Assembly: GCA_963793455.1 (NCBI GenBank)
Contig: CAWCAK010000002.1
Coordinates: 128,513 to 192,512 of the forward strand
Direction of reading: 5' to 3'
Length of the DNA: 64,000 nucleotides
DNA from: an uncultured Bacteroidota bacterium
Lineage (GTDB): Bacteria > Bacteroidota > Bacteroidia > Bacteroidales > GCA-2748055
Numbering within the stretch: position 1 is the first letter of the stretch; each line of letters begins with the position of its first letter. Made by a program: the position numbers and the translations under genes. This document shows, piece after piece, positions 8,007 to 17,229 of the stretch. The notes under the pieces were generated by a model. That model ran no database searches, had not been told where the DNA came from, and saw only the letters and a program-made list of their open reading frames with translations.

Positions 8007-9491
8007 CTATTTTTGCTTGTAGGAGATCACCTTGTAGTTCTGATCAGGACCTGACAGGGCCTTGAAACTATCATCTTCGGCATTATACACCACCTCGATC
8101 TCCTCCCCGGTGGCATCGTTTACAATAATAATGGCAAAGTCCCTGTTGCTCAGCCCTTTCCTGGTGTCCAGGCCCAGTGTGAGCCCACCTTCCACAAACC
8201 CTTCCTCCCCCTGGATCTCCACATACCACAGGTCGGTCCGGCCGATGGCATCGTTTGTAAACCGTGAATAGAGCCCGTTCAGCCCGTCATTGAGGGGCAC
8301 GTAAAAGGTGTCATCGCCCGTGGTATTGATAGGAAACCCGATGTTGGTCGGTTCGCTCCATGTCCCGTCGGGCTGTATTTCGCACCTGAAGATGTCAAAT
8401 CCTCCCATGTTGAAGTGGCCCTCTGAGGCGAAAATGAACCGTCCCTCCCCGGGGGCAATATAGGCACTGGTCTCATTCTCCTTGGTGTTGATGGTGCTGC
8501 CCATGTTCACAGGTTCTCCCCACTGCCCGTCACCCTGCCGGTCGGAATACCAGATATCGGATTTTCCTTCACCTCCCCTGCGGTCACTGGTGAAATAGAT
8601 CCGGTTCCCGTTGGGACTGAAGGAGGCATGTGTTTCGTTGGCATTGGTGTTGATGGCCCCGTGCACCGGCTGTGCCGGGCTCCAGTACATCCCGTCGAAT
8701 GAGGTGTACCATATATCGGAATTTCCCCTGATGGGCCTGTTCTCCATCAGCATGGTGGATCCGTCGGCCGAAAGCCCTGTTGGGAACAGGTTCCCGTCAG
8801 AAACGATCTGCGGGGCGATCTCCACCGGGATGGTCCAGTTCCTGTCTTCCCTGGTGGACATAAACACCGCCTCGTAAAAGGTCTTGCTGCTGGCCCAGAC
8901 CATCATTTTCCCGTTGGCAGAGATGACGCCGTTGTAGTCATCTGTGGTAGTATTGATGGGCTCATTGAAATAGAGGGCCCTCAGGTTCAGCTCGGCATCA
9001 CTGATGATCTTGGCCCTTTTGATCTTTTGCACCGCTTCTTCGGTCATGCTGACATTGTAGTACTTCTCAAAATTTCTCAGATCGTTGAAAGACTCGAGTG
9101 CTTTCAGTGATTCATCCAACTCGTTGGTCTTGCTGTAGGCATCGGCCAGGTAGTACCAGCTGTGGTGAGGGGCCTGTTTTTCCGAATACCTGTCGGCCTT
9201 GTATTTCAGTGATATGTCCTGGGTGGCCTCCTGGAAATAGGGGATGGCATCCTGCTCCAATCCCCTGACCTGGTTGTAGCACATCCCCAGCAGGAACTTT
9301 ACATTGGCGTTGTCCGGTTCCATGCTAAGAATCCTGCGGTAAAGGTATGCTGCTTCTTCATACTCCCCGTCCACATACCAGCCTTCGGCATCGAGGAACA
9401 GGTCTTCTGCCGTCTCCTCCTGCTGCTGTGCCAACAGAGAAAGGCTTATCATACATATCAGAATGGCTGCAGGCAAGTATCTCTTCATCAC
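8007..9491 (-). CDS. TPR + PD40 (TolB-like beta-propeller) repeat protein, paralog A
   Basis: Signal peptide, then N-terminal TPR-like helices (GEYEEAAYLYRRIL...LLGMCY). Repeated PD40 signatures follow: S.DG..M.F.S, IWYS, WSEP.N.G..INT. There is no OmpA domain. Confidence 0.75.
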   Translation of the reverse strand: MMKRYLPAAILICMISLSLLAQQQEETAEDLFLDAEGWYVDGEYEEAAYLYRRILSMEPDNANVKFLLGMCYNQVRGLEQDAIPYFQEATQDISLKYKADRYSEKQAPHHSWYYLADAYSKTNELDESLKALESFNDLRNFEKYYNVSMTEEAVQKIKRAKIISDAELNLRALYFNEPINTTTDDYNGVISANGKMMVWASSKTFYEAVFMSTREDRNWTIPVEIAPQIVSDGNLFPTGLSADGSTMLMENRPIRGNSDIWYTSFDGMYWSPAQPVHGAINTNANETHASFSPNGNRIYFTSDRRGGEGKSDIWYSDRQGDGQWGEPVNMGSTINTKENETSAYIAPGEGRFIFASEGHFNMGGFDIFRCEIQPDGTWSEPTNIGFPINTTGDDTFYVPLNDGLNGLYSRFTNDAIGRTDLWYVEIQGEEGFVEGGLTLGLDTRKGLSNRDFAIIIVNDATGEEIEVVYNAEDDSFKALSGPDQNYKVISYKQK

Positions 9492-9505
9492 CTATTCATT
9501 AAGTG

Positions 9506-11332
9506 TCAGTTATTTATTTTCAGGTAATCGGGAACCTGGATGGTCTCCATTTCAACAATGATATCTCCCATGGTGGTAACCCTGAACTGGGCCCGGCGGT
9601 TCAGTTTCCTTCCATCGGGAGCATCCTTGTTGTCCCTGGTCCTGTTTAGTGCCACATGTTCACTTTCACTTTTACCGGTTATTTTCAAGCGTTCTTTGGA
9701 GACGCCCCTGGAAGCGAGATACTTTGCCACTGCTCCGGCCCTTCTGTCAGAGAGCCGCTGATTGTATTCGAAGGTTCCCACCGCGTCAGTATGCCCTGTG
9801 ATCTCCAGTTTCAGGTCGGTAAATTTTTTCATGAGTCCGGCCAGTTCGTCCAGTTTGTTTTGGGCAGTGGTGGAGAGGGTATGGCTGTCGAAGGCAAAGA
9901 AAACAGGTTTGACCATGTATTTCTCAGGTGGTTTCACAACCACGGGCGTCGATTCGGTTTCGGCCACGGCTTCAGGTTCTTCCGTGGTCTCAGGTTCTGT
10001 AACAGGTTCGGGTTCTGTCACTTCTGCAGTTTCTTCGAACGGAACAGGTACAGGGGTGGCCGTACGGTCAATGAGTTCAAACTTGAATACAGGATGCTGG
10101 TCCTGGGCAGCATTGGCAAATACAAATGAAGTCCTCTCCTCCTGCATACCGATGGGGGAGACGGTGAAATCATCATCTGTGGTATTCAGTGGATAACCAA
10201 GGTTTACAGGATCACTCCAGGTCCCGTCTTCCTGCAGGTCCGCATAGAACACATCAAAACCCCCGATGGCAAGGTGACCCTGGGAACTGAAATAGAGGCG
10301 CTTCCCGTCGGGACTGATCACAGGAGTCTCCTCGTTCAGTTGAGTGTTGATCTTTTCACCCAGGTTGACCGGATCTCCCCAGGAACCATCCTCCTGCAGG
10401 TCGCTCCGCCATATATCCATGGCCCCCACTGTTTTATCCCTGTTGCTTGTAAAATAGATAGATGTACCATCGGGATTGAAAGAGGCATGGGATTCAAAAT
10501 ACCTCGAGTTGATCGGTTTTCCCAGCGATTCGGCCCTGTTCCACCTTCCGTCGGCATATTCAGACATGAAGATGTTGCTTGAGAACTGGTCAGCCACCAC
10601 CAGCAGCATGGAACTCCCGTCTGCCGACAGTCCCACTACTTCCATATTCCCTTCCGACTCGATGGCGGGATTGATCCCCATGGGCTGGGTCCAGACCCCG
10701 TTCTCTTTTCTGGACACATAAACCCCGCGGTACAGGGGGTTCCGGCCCATGTATGACATGGTCTGCTGGTCATTGGAAACCACCATGTTGTAGATCTCCT
10801 GGTGGGTTTCATTGAGCTGGCCCAGGTTACCGATGGAATAGTCCACCGGGTTGTTGATGGCCACCACTGCATTGGAGCAGGAGATGATCTGTTGGTCGGC
10901 ATAGATGGACTGGATGTTATCATCAGTTCCCACGTACTCTTCATACAGCCGGTACTGCTCACAGGCCTTCTCGAACTCCATGTTGATCCGGTAGGCATTT
11001 CCGAGGTAGAGGTGTGCGTCTATTCCGGCATTCACCTCTTTCAGGGATCCCTCCTTGTATTTCTCAGAAACTGACTGGACGGCTTTCTCGAAGTAAGGTA
11101 TGGACTCAGTCTTTCGCCCGGGTATCTGAAGGAGGCAGATCCCCAACCTGTAATTGATATTGGCATTGTCCTGGTAGCCATTGTTGTAAACTTTGGTGAA
11201 GGTGTAGAGCGCTTCCTCATACTCCTCCATGGCCAGGAAGAATTCACCGTCGACAAAGTCAACTTTGACATCCTGACAGATAACTACCATGGAGAACAAC
11301 AGGAACGAGAGCAACAGAAATGGTTTTCTCAT
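9506..11332 (-). CDS. OmpA family protein with TPR and PD40 beta-propeller domains (PorE-like architecture), paralog B
   Basis: Signal peptide, TPR region, PD40 repeats (IYFTSNR, DIWRS, WGDPVNLG..INT) and an acidic PE/T linker. The C-terminal OmpA_C domain reads FAFDSHTLS...LEITGHTDAVGTFEYNQRLSDRRAGAVAKYL...NRRAQF. Confidence 0.8.
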   Translation of the reverse strand: MRKPFLLLSFLLFSMVVICQDVKVDFVDGEFFLAMEEYEEALYTFTKVYNNGYQDNANINYRLGICLLQIPGRKTESIPYFEKAVQSVSEKYKEGSLKEVNAGIDAHLYLGNAYRINMEFEKACEQYRLYEEYVGTDDNIQSIYADQQIISCSNAVVAINNPVDYSIGNLGQLNETHQEIYNMVVSNDQQTMSYMGRNPLYRGVYVSRKENGVWTQPMGINPAIESEGNMEVVGLSADGSSMLLVVADQFSSNIFMSEYADGRWNRAESLGKPINSRYFESHASFNPDGTSIYFTSNRDKTVGAMDIWRSDLQEDGSWGDPVNLGEKINTQLNEETPVISPDGKRLYFSSQGHLAIGGFDVFYADLQEDGTWSDPVNLGYPLNTTDDDFTVSPIGMQEERTSFVFANAAQDQHPVFKFELIDRTATPVPVPFEETAEVTEPEPVTEPETTEEPEAVAETESTPVVVKPPEKYMVKPVFFAFDSHTLSTTAQNKLDELAGLMKKFTDLKLEITGHTDAVGTFEYNQRLSDRRAGAVAKYLASRGVSKERLKITGKSESEHVALNRTRDNKDAPDGRKLNRRAQFRVTTMGDIIVEMETIQVPDYLKINN

Positions 11333-11387
11333 TTCAGGACAATTTATCGTGGATATTACAAATTTAAAAATTTAATTGACAGTGCAA

Positions 11388-12971
11388 TTAATTCTCTTTC
11401 TTTCTTCGCCTCATCCACAGCACGATCAGGAGCAATAAACCGGCAGTACACCCAAAGGCCAGGGCAACAATTCCACCTTTGCCTCCTTTCAGCAACTCAT
11501 CAATAAAGCCGGTATGCCCGGGGAATGCCTGTTTCAGTATCTCTTCAATATCATCCTTCGCGGTGCCGTTTTCCTCCAGTGCTTCACGGATGTACCGGAT
11601 CAGATCTTCGACGGTATAGATTCCTTCCCTTTTCAGGTTGGTCCTTTCCAGGATCTTTTTGAGATCTCCCTCAGCGGTTCTGAGAAGATTTGCAAATACC
11701 CGTTCCACCTCCAGTGGATGATCAAGGGCAGCCATCATGGCTTCCCTCACATCCTCCATGGTGAATCCGTTAGCCTCTGCCACCTTCTCCAGGTGGGCGA
11801 TCAGTTCTTCGGGTGTGGTAATCCCCTCTTTCTCCAGGTCCACCTCCTCCAGGTAGGCCTTCAGGGGCCCATCCGCGTTTTCAAGCAATAGCCGGTGCAG
11901 CAGCTCCGGGTTTTCGCCCGCCAGGGTCCCGGCCAGCAGGAGGTCCACCTCCTTGGGAGTGTAGTTGCCTTCATCCGTATGCCGGTAGAGGTGTTCAAAA
12001 AGTTCCTTCTCAGTACCGATCCCTAGCTCTTCCGGATCGATCCCCAGCAGGTAGACCTTCAGGTCACCTTCGGCCTCCTTCTGCAGGTCCGTCAGCAGCA
12101 GATCCACCTGATCCGGTCCCAGTGCATCCAGCATGGCTTCCCTCACATCCTCCATGGTGAATCCGTTGGCCTCTGCCACCTTCTCCAGGTGGGCGATCAG
12201 TTCTTCGGGTGTGGTAATCCCCTCTTTCTCCAGGTCCACCTCCTCCAGGTAGGCCTTCAGGGGCCCATCCGCGTTTTCAAGCAATAGCCGGTGCAGCAGC
12301 TCCGGGTTTTCGCCCGCCAGGGTCCTGGCCAGCAGGAGGTCCACCTCCTTGGGAGTGTAGTTGCCTTCATCCGTATGCCGGTAGAGGTGGTCAAACAGTT
12401 CCCTCTCAGTGTCAATGCCCTGTACCTGGGGATCGATCCCCAGCAGGTAGACCTTCAGGTCACCTTCGGCCTCCTTCTGCAGGTCCGTCAGCAGCAGATC
12501 CACCGGATCCGGTCCCAGTGCATCCAGCATGGCTTCCCTCACATCCTCCATGGTGAATCCGTTAGCCTCTGCCACCTTCTCCAGGTGGGCGATCAGCTCT
12601 TCGGGCGTGGTGATCCCCTCCTTCTCCAGGTCCAGGCCTTCCAGGTAGGCCTTCAGCGGCCCGTCTGCGTTTTCAAGCAATAGCCGGTGCAGCAGCTCCG
12701 CGTTTTCGCCCGCCAGGGTCCCGGCCAGCAGGAGGTCCACCTCCTCCGGACTGTAGTTGCCTTCATCCGTATGCTGGTAGAGGTGTTCAAAAAGTTCCTT
12801 CTCAGTACCGATCCCTAGCTCTTCTGGATCGATCCCCAGCAGGTAGACCTTCAGGTCACCTTCGGCCTCCTTCTGCAGGTCCGTCAGCAGCAGATCCACC
12901 GGATCCGTTCCCAGTGCAGCCATCATGGCTTCCCTCACATCCTCCATGGTGAATCCGTTGGCCTCTGCCAC
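11388..12971 (-). CDS. Acidic 132-aa tandem-repeat protein with C-terminal TM anchor; probably the 3' part of the gene at 12989-15241
   Basis: Three full 132-aa units starting AEANGFTMEDVREAM, exactly 396 nt apart at 12968, 12572 and 12176. A diverged half unit follows, then a hydrophobic segment IVALAFGCTAGLLLLIVLWM + RRRKKEN. The repeat continues upstream of the first M and into the end of ORF 12989-15241, in a frame offset by 2. Confidence 0.75.
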   Translation of the reverse strand: MAEANGFTMEDVREAMMAALGTDPVDLLLTDLQKEAEGDLKVYLLGIDPEELGIGTEKELFEHLYQHTDEGNYSPEEVDLLLAGTLAGENAELLHRLLLENADGPLKAYLEGLDLEKEGITTPEELIAHLEKVAEANGFTMEDVREAMLDALGPDPVDLLLTDLQKEAEGDLKVYLLGIDPQVQGIDTERELFDHLYRHTDEGNYTPKEVDLLLARTLAGENPELLHRLLLENADGPLKAYLEEVDLEKEGITTPEELIAHLEKVAEANGFTMEDVREAMLDALGPDQVDLLLTDLQKEAEGDLKVYLLGIDPEELGIGTEKELFEHLYRHTDEGNYTPKEVDLLLAGTLAGENPELLHRLLLENADGPLKAYLEEVDLEKEGITTPEELIAHLEKVAEANGFTMEDVREAMMAALDHPLEVERVFANLLRTAEGDLKKILERTNLKREGIYTVEDLIRYIREALEENGTAKDDIEEILKQAFPGHTGFIDELLKGGKGGIVALAFGCTAGLLLLIVLWMRRRKKEN

Positions 12972-13300
12972 CTTCTCCAGGTGGGCGATCAGCTCTTCGG
13001 GCGTGGTAATCCCCTCTTTCTCCAGGTCCAGGCCTCCTCCAGGTAGGCCTTCAGGGGCCCGTCCGCGTTTTCAAGCAATAGCCGGTGCAGCAGCTCCGCG
13101 TTTTCGCCCGCCAGGGTCCCGGCCAGGAGGAGGTCCACCTCCTTGGGAGTGTAGTTGCCCTCATCCGTATGCCGGTAGAGGTGTTCAAACAGTTCCTTCT
13201 CAGTGTCAATGCCCTGTACCTGGGGATCGATCCCCAGCAGGTAGACCTTCAGGTCACCTTCGGCCTCCTTCTGCAGGTCCGTCAGCAGCAGGGCCACCGG
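11722..13300 (-). repeat. About 4 copies of a 396-bp coding tandem repeat (each unit is an internal duplication of ~66 codons)
   Basis: The unit period of 396 nt was verified from the positions of the AEANGF codons. Copies are near-identical at the DNA level by eye. The array spans the junction of the two ORFs. Confidence 0.85.
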
Positions 13301-15241
13301 TCCGGCGGGTAGAGGTATCCCGGTTGCTGCGGGTTCTTTGCTTATGCGCTCCTGCCTCCTGGGTCTTGGTTTTTCCCCGATGACAGTAAACCCGTTGATG
13401 TGGATGTTCCCGTCCGCATCGGTCATCTCCAGTTCAACCCTGCTGGTTCCCTCCAGCGGGATGATCTCCAGATCGGTCCGGCGCTTCTCAACCTCCAGGG
13501 TATCGACACTTACCAGTACCGAGTCCTGGTAGATCCGGGTGACCAGGAGGGCCCCCTCTTCAAGCTTCACAGGAACCTTCAGCGGTTTGCCTGCCACCCC
13601 TTCATATACACTGTCCTTCAGTTGGATCAGGCTTTTATCGCCCCTGAAGACCAGCGGCTCTTTTTGCACCGGGTCAAGTTCAATGTCCTCCTCCAGTTTA
13701 ATACCCTCCTTGCTGGAACCCGGGGTGATGTTCAGGGGCCTGATAAGGTCCTCGTACCCCTCGCCGGAGAAATGAAGGGCATAGCTGCCCTGGGTCAGGT
13801 CCAGGCTGAAGGACCCGGTATCATCAATAGGTATCCTGTATTTGATGGTATCACCGGTCTCCAGGTCAATCACAAACATTTCAAGCTGGGTGGGATCCGT
13901 TTCGCCGTCCCGGGTACGTACAACCCCGGTGACCACATACATCCTCGGATTATTCACAGAGTAGATCTCCATGTAATAGATATCTTCCCGTCCCTCTCCC
14001 GATTCACTGATCCGGGAGTGGTAGCCACCGTTGCCGTTGTTGACCGGCTGGAAGAAGAGGTCATCGTCGGTGGTGTTGATCGGGTAGCCCAGGTTGACCG
14101 GTTCTCCCCAGGAGCCGTCCCTGTTCTTCTTTGAATAGAAGATATCGTACCCGCCCATGTTGTAATGGCCGTAGGAACTGAAATAGAGGGTCTGACCATC
14201 TTCGGTGATGAAAGGGGTCTCTTCGTTATACCTGCTGTTCACTGTGGGGCCCAGGTTCTCTGGGATACCCCAGTCCCCTCCGGGCTGCCGCTCCGATTTG
14301 TAGATGTCCAGTCCCCCGTGAGTTCCTTTCCGGTTGCTGGTGAAATAGATGGTCTTCCCGTCCTTTGAGAAGCAGCCGTGCGATTCCCAGTATTTGGTTG
14401 AGATGTTCTCCCCCAGTTTTCTGGCCGGGAGCCAGAAACCATCTTCATATGTGCTGTAATAGAGGTTGCCGATGTGTTCATCATCGTAATAGAGCAGTAT
14501 TTCGGTCCCGTCGTAGGAAAGGCCCGCAGGATATACATTCTGGTCAAATCCCAGCATGGCTGTCAGTGACATGGGAAGGGACCACTCGCCATCGACCTTC
14601 TCGATGAACAATGCTTCATCGTAAAAGGGTTGTTTGGTCACAAACGCCATCCTGTTGCCATCGCCCGACATGACCGGGTTGATGTCGGCATAACGTGTGT
14701 TGACCCCTGTTGCCACCGGGAGGATGTCGAAATCCACAGGCATTTTCCTCAGCCGCCTGGCATTTTCACAGGCTTTGATCTGTGCCTCCACCAGTTCTGC
14801 ATCATACACTTCCGGATCGAGAATCTCTTTGAAATGGAGGAAAGCATCTATGGCATGGTCGAGCATGTCATTGACCAGGTAGGCATTCCCCAGGTAGTAG
14901 AACACGTCCGGTGGGGCCGCTTTCTCTTTGAAACTGCCCTCCTTGTAGGCAGGATCGATATTATCACTAGCATCCAGCAGGTAATCGATGGATTCCCCCT
15001 TGCGGTAGGGATCATTGAGCAGACAGATCCCGATTTTGTATTTCAGGTTGTCATTATCGGGTTCCCACTTCAGCAGCTTCTGATAGATGTCCTCCGCTTC
15101 GAGGTATTCCTCGAAGAGAAACCAGGACTCGGCATTCATAAAATCGTTGCGGGATGAGTCTCTCTGCGCAATGGTCACCAGGGGAAAAAGGAATAATGCG
15201 AGGAAGGCGGTCAGCAGGGATTTTCTCATAACTAAAGCCAA
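12989..15241 (-). CDS. TPR + PD40 beta-propeller + carboxypeptidase-regulatory-like domain protein, paralog C (5' part of a split gene)
   Basis: Signal peptide (MRKSLLTAFLALFLFPLVTIAQ), TPR region, PD40 repeats (IYFTSNRKG, DIYKS, WGEPVNLGYPINT) and beta-sandwich segments (VVTGVVRTRDGE...). It then enters the 132-aa repeat (LLLTDLQKEAEGDLKVYLLGIDP...) and ends in an aberrant tail, AWTWRKRGLPRPKS*. Confidence 0.75.
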   Translation of the reverse strand: MALVMRKSLLTAFLALFLFPLVTIAQRDSSRNDFMNAESWFLFEEYLEAEDIYQKLLKWEPDNDNLKYKIGICLLNDPYRKGESIDYLLDASDNIDPAYKEGSFKEKAAPPDVFYYLGNAYLVNDMLDHAIDAFLHFKEILDPEVYDAELVEAQIKACENARRLRKMPVDFDILPVATGVNTRYADINPVMSGDGNRMAFVTKQPFYDEALFIEKVDGEWSLPMSLTAMLGFDQNVYPAGLSYDGTEILLYYDDEHIGNLYYSTYEDGFWLPARKLGENISTKYWESHGCFSKDGKTIYFTSNRKGTHGGLDIYKSERQPGGDWGIPENLGPTVNSRYNEETPFITEDGQTLYFSSYGHYNMGGYDIFYSKKNRDGSWGEPVNLGYPINTTDDDLFFQPVNNGNGGYHSRISESGEGREDIYYMEIYSVNNPRMYVVTGVVRTRDGETDPTQLEMFVIDLETGDTIKYRIPIDDTGSFSLDLTQGSYALHFSGEGYEDLIRPLNITPGSSKEGIKLEEDIELDPVQKEPLVFRGDKSLIQLKDSVYEGVAGKPLKVPVKLEEGALLVTRIYQDSVLVSVDTLEVEKRRTDLEIIPLEGTSRVELEMTDADGNIHINGFTVIGEKPRPRRQERISKEPAATGIPLPAGPVALLLTDLQKEAEGDLKVYLLGIDPQVQGIDTEKELFEHLYRHTDEGNYTPKEVDLLLAGTLAGENAELLHRLLLENADGPLKAYLEEAWTWRKRGLPRPKS

Positions 15242-15269
15242 TTTTGCTAAATTTAGTTAATTCTCCGGA

Positions 15270-17222
15270 TTAAATCTCCCTGAAGCTCCGTGTGATTATT
15301 AACAGGTCATTGAATACCCGGTAGTCTTTGGCATACACCACGTTGATCTCTTTAATCCGTTCCTCGGAGAGGTTTTCGGGGGGAAGGCCGGGAGCAGGGT
15401 TCAGGACGCCTTTTTTCAGCCGGGGAAGTCCTGTCATATCGGCGGATCCCGGGTCCATATATCCCACCCAGGTCCTGCATCCTGCCAGGACGCGGATGAC
15501 ATTGCCCACACTCCTTAATTTCCCCTTTACCACCAGGAACCAGAAGGGGAAGGTGACCAGCAAAAGCAGTGATAAAACTGCATCGAACAGCCTTTTGTTC
15601 CGGCGGTTGGATTCCTTTCCGATGGAATTGAAATGAATGGTGTAGAGGTCCCCTGCCGTATTGATGGAGTTGGATCCGATGATGGAAAGGCTTTCGGGGG
15701 GTGCGATCTTAAAATCGACCGAGGTGCCGATGAGCCGGGTCATGATCCTGATAATCCCCTGTGAAGGAAGGTCTTTTGAACAAAATACAATCTCATCCAC
15801 CTTGTGGATCCCTGTGATCTCGTCAATCTGGTCCATATGCCCCAGGATCCCTGTACCTGTCTCTTCGGCAGTGGGGGAAACGAATCCTATGATGAGGGGT
15901 TTGGCCTGGGTGTCCAGCAGCAGGTTGCTCACCCGCCGGGCCTCCTCCTTCTTTCCCACGATCACCATCCGCTTCTGTTTGTTCAGGTCGATCTCATAGT
16001 CCTTTCCACCTGCCAGGTGCAAGAGGATCCTGATGCCAAGGGTGGAGATGATGGCCCAGAGTGACCCCAGGAAGATCAGTGCCCTGGAGAACCTCCAGTC
16101 AAGGGGAAGCATGGCATACACCACCAGGATCACCAGGGTGCCCACCAGGTGCCCCTTCAGAAAGGAGAGGAGTTGCACCGGTTTATCGTATCCCCCCGCG
16201 TAGTAAATGGAGATCAGCCAGACCAGGATGTAACCCGGAACCACCGCCAGGAGGAAAAGGGGAGGGTAGTAGCCGGGCATGTCAAACCTCACCTGTTCCC
16301 AGAGCGGAAGGGCAAAGAGGTACCCCAGGAAGATCAGGGCTGCATCGATCAGGGGCCGGTAGGTTTTTTGCAGGAACCGCCTTCCAACCGAAAGGGCCGC
16401 TCTGAAATAGATGGCTACGTTAATGAGCATGCTGAAGGTGCGGGCCTTCCTGGAGGTAAAGTGCTTGCCTGCAAATATGATCATGGCCTGGTAGAACATT
16501 TTCACATAGTTGAGGCTCCCCTTTTTGGTGCTCTCCCCCTTGTAATGAATGATGGTGGTCCCGGGAAAGTAGTAGTTCTTGTATCCTGCCTGGGTGATCC
16601 GGTAGGAGAGGTCAATATCCTCCCCGTACATGAAGAAGGTCTCATCCAGCAATCCTGTTTTGTCCAGGGTCTCTTTCCTGAGGAACATGAAGGCGCCGGC
16701 CAGCACCTCCACCTCATGGGTCTCTTCCTGATCCAGGTACCCCAGGTGGTATTTCCCAAAACGCTTCGAACGCGGGAAAAGGGAGGAGAGGCCGAACATT
16801 TTATAAAAGGAGACCATGGGTGTGGGCAGGGAGCGCTTCGACTCGGGGAGGAATTCCCCCTTGCCATCGATCATTTTCACTCCCATGGCACCTGCCTCCA
16901 GGTGGCTGTCCATGAATTCGACGCATTTGCGGAATGTGTCTTCCTCCACCACCGTATCGGGATTCAGCAGCAGGATGTACCTGCCTTTTGCCACGCGGAT
17001 GGCCTGGTTATTGGCCTTGCTGAAGCCCAGGTTTTCCTTGTTTTCGATCAGGGTGACCCACGGGAATTTTGACCTGATCCCGTCCACCGATCCATCCACC
17101 GAATTGTTGTCCACCACGAAAACTTCTGCCTGGATCCCGGTGATAGCCTGCTTAACAGAGTGCAGACACTGCTCCAGGAAGTATTTTACATTATAATTGA
17201 CTATGACGATTGACAGATCCAT
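15270..17222 (-). CDS. Glycosyltransferase family 2 fused to a polytopic membrane region and a degenerate sugar-transferase-like C-terminus
   Basis: The N-terminus is GT2: LSIVIVNYNVKYFLEQCL, VVDNNSVDGS, LLNPDT, GAFMFLRK. The middle has several TM helices. The C-terminus has a Rossmann-like segment (MVIVGKKEEARRV...VDEIVFCS) plus KRLFDAVLSLLLLV and VYAKDYRVFNDLLII, resembling the ends of polyprenyl glycosylphosphotransferases. The central catalytic block is missing. Confidence 0.7.
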   Translation of the reverse strand: MDLSIVIVNYNVKYFLEQCLHSVKQAITGIQAEVFVVDNNSVDGSVDGIRSKFPWVTLIENKENLGFSKANNQAIRVAKGRYILLLNPDTVVEEDTFRKCVEFMDSHLEAGAMGVKMIDGKGEFLPESKRSLPTPMVSFYKMFGLSSLFPRSKRFGKYHLGYLDQEETHEVEVLAGAFMFLRKETLDKTGLLDETFFMYGEDIDLSYRITQAGYKNYYFPGTTIIHYKGESTKKGSLNYVKMFYQAMIIFAGKHFTSRKARTFSMLINVAIYFRAALSVGRRFLQKTYRPLIDAALIFLGYLFALPLWEQVRFDMPGYYPPLFLLAVVPGYILVWLISIYYAGGYDKPVQLLSFLKGHLVGTLVILVVYAMLPLDWRFSRALIFLGSLWAIISTLGIRILLHLAGGKDYEIDLNKQKRMVIVGKKEEARRVSNLLLDTQAKPLIIGFVSPTAEETGTGILGHMDQIDEITGIHKVDEIVFCSKDLPSQGIIRIMTRLIGTSVDFKIAPPESLSIIGSNSINTAGDLYTIHFNSIGKESNRRNKRLFDAVLSLLLLVTFPFWFLVVKGKLRSVGNVIRVLAGCRTWVGYMDPGSADMTGLPRLKKGVLNPAPGLPPENLSEERIKEINVVYAKDYRVFNDLLIITRSFREI

Positions 17223-17229
17223 TCAGCGA

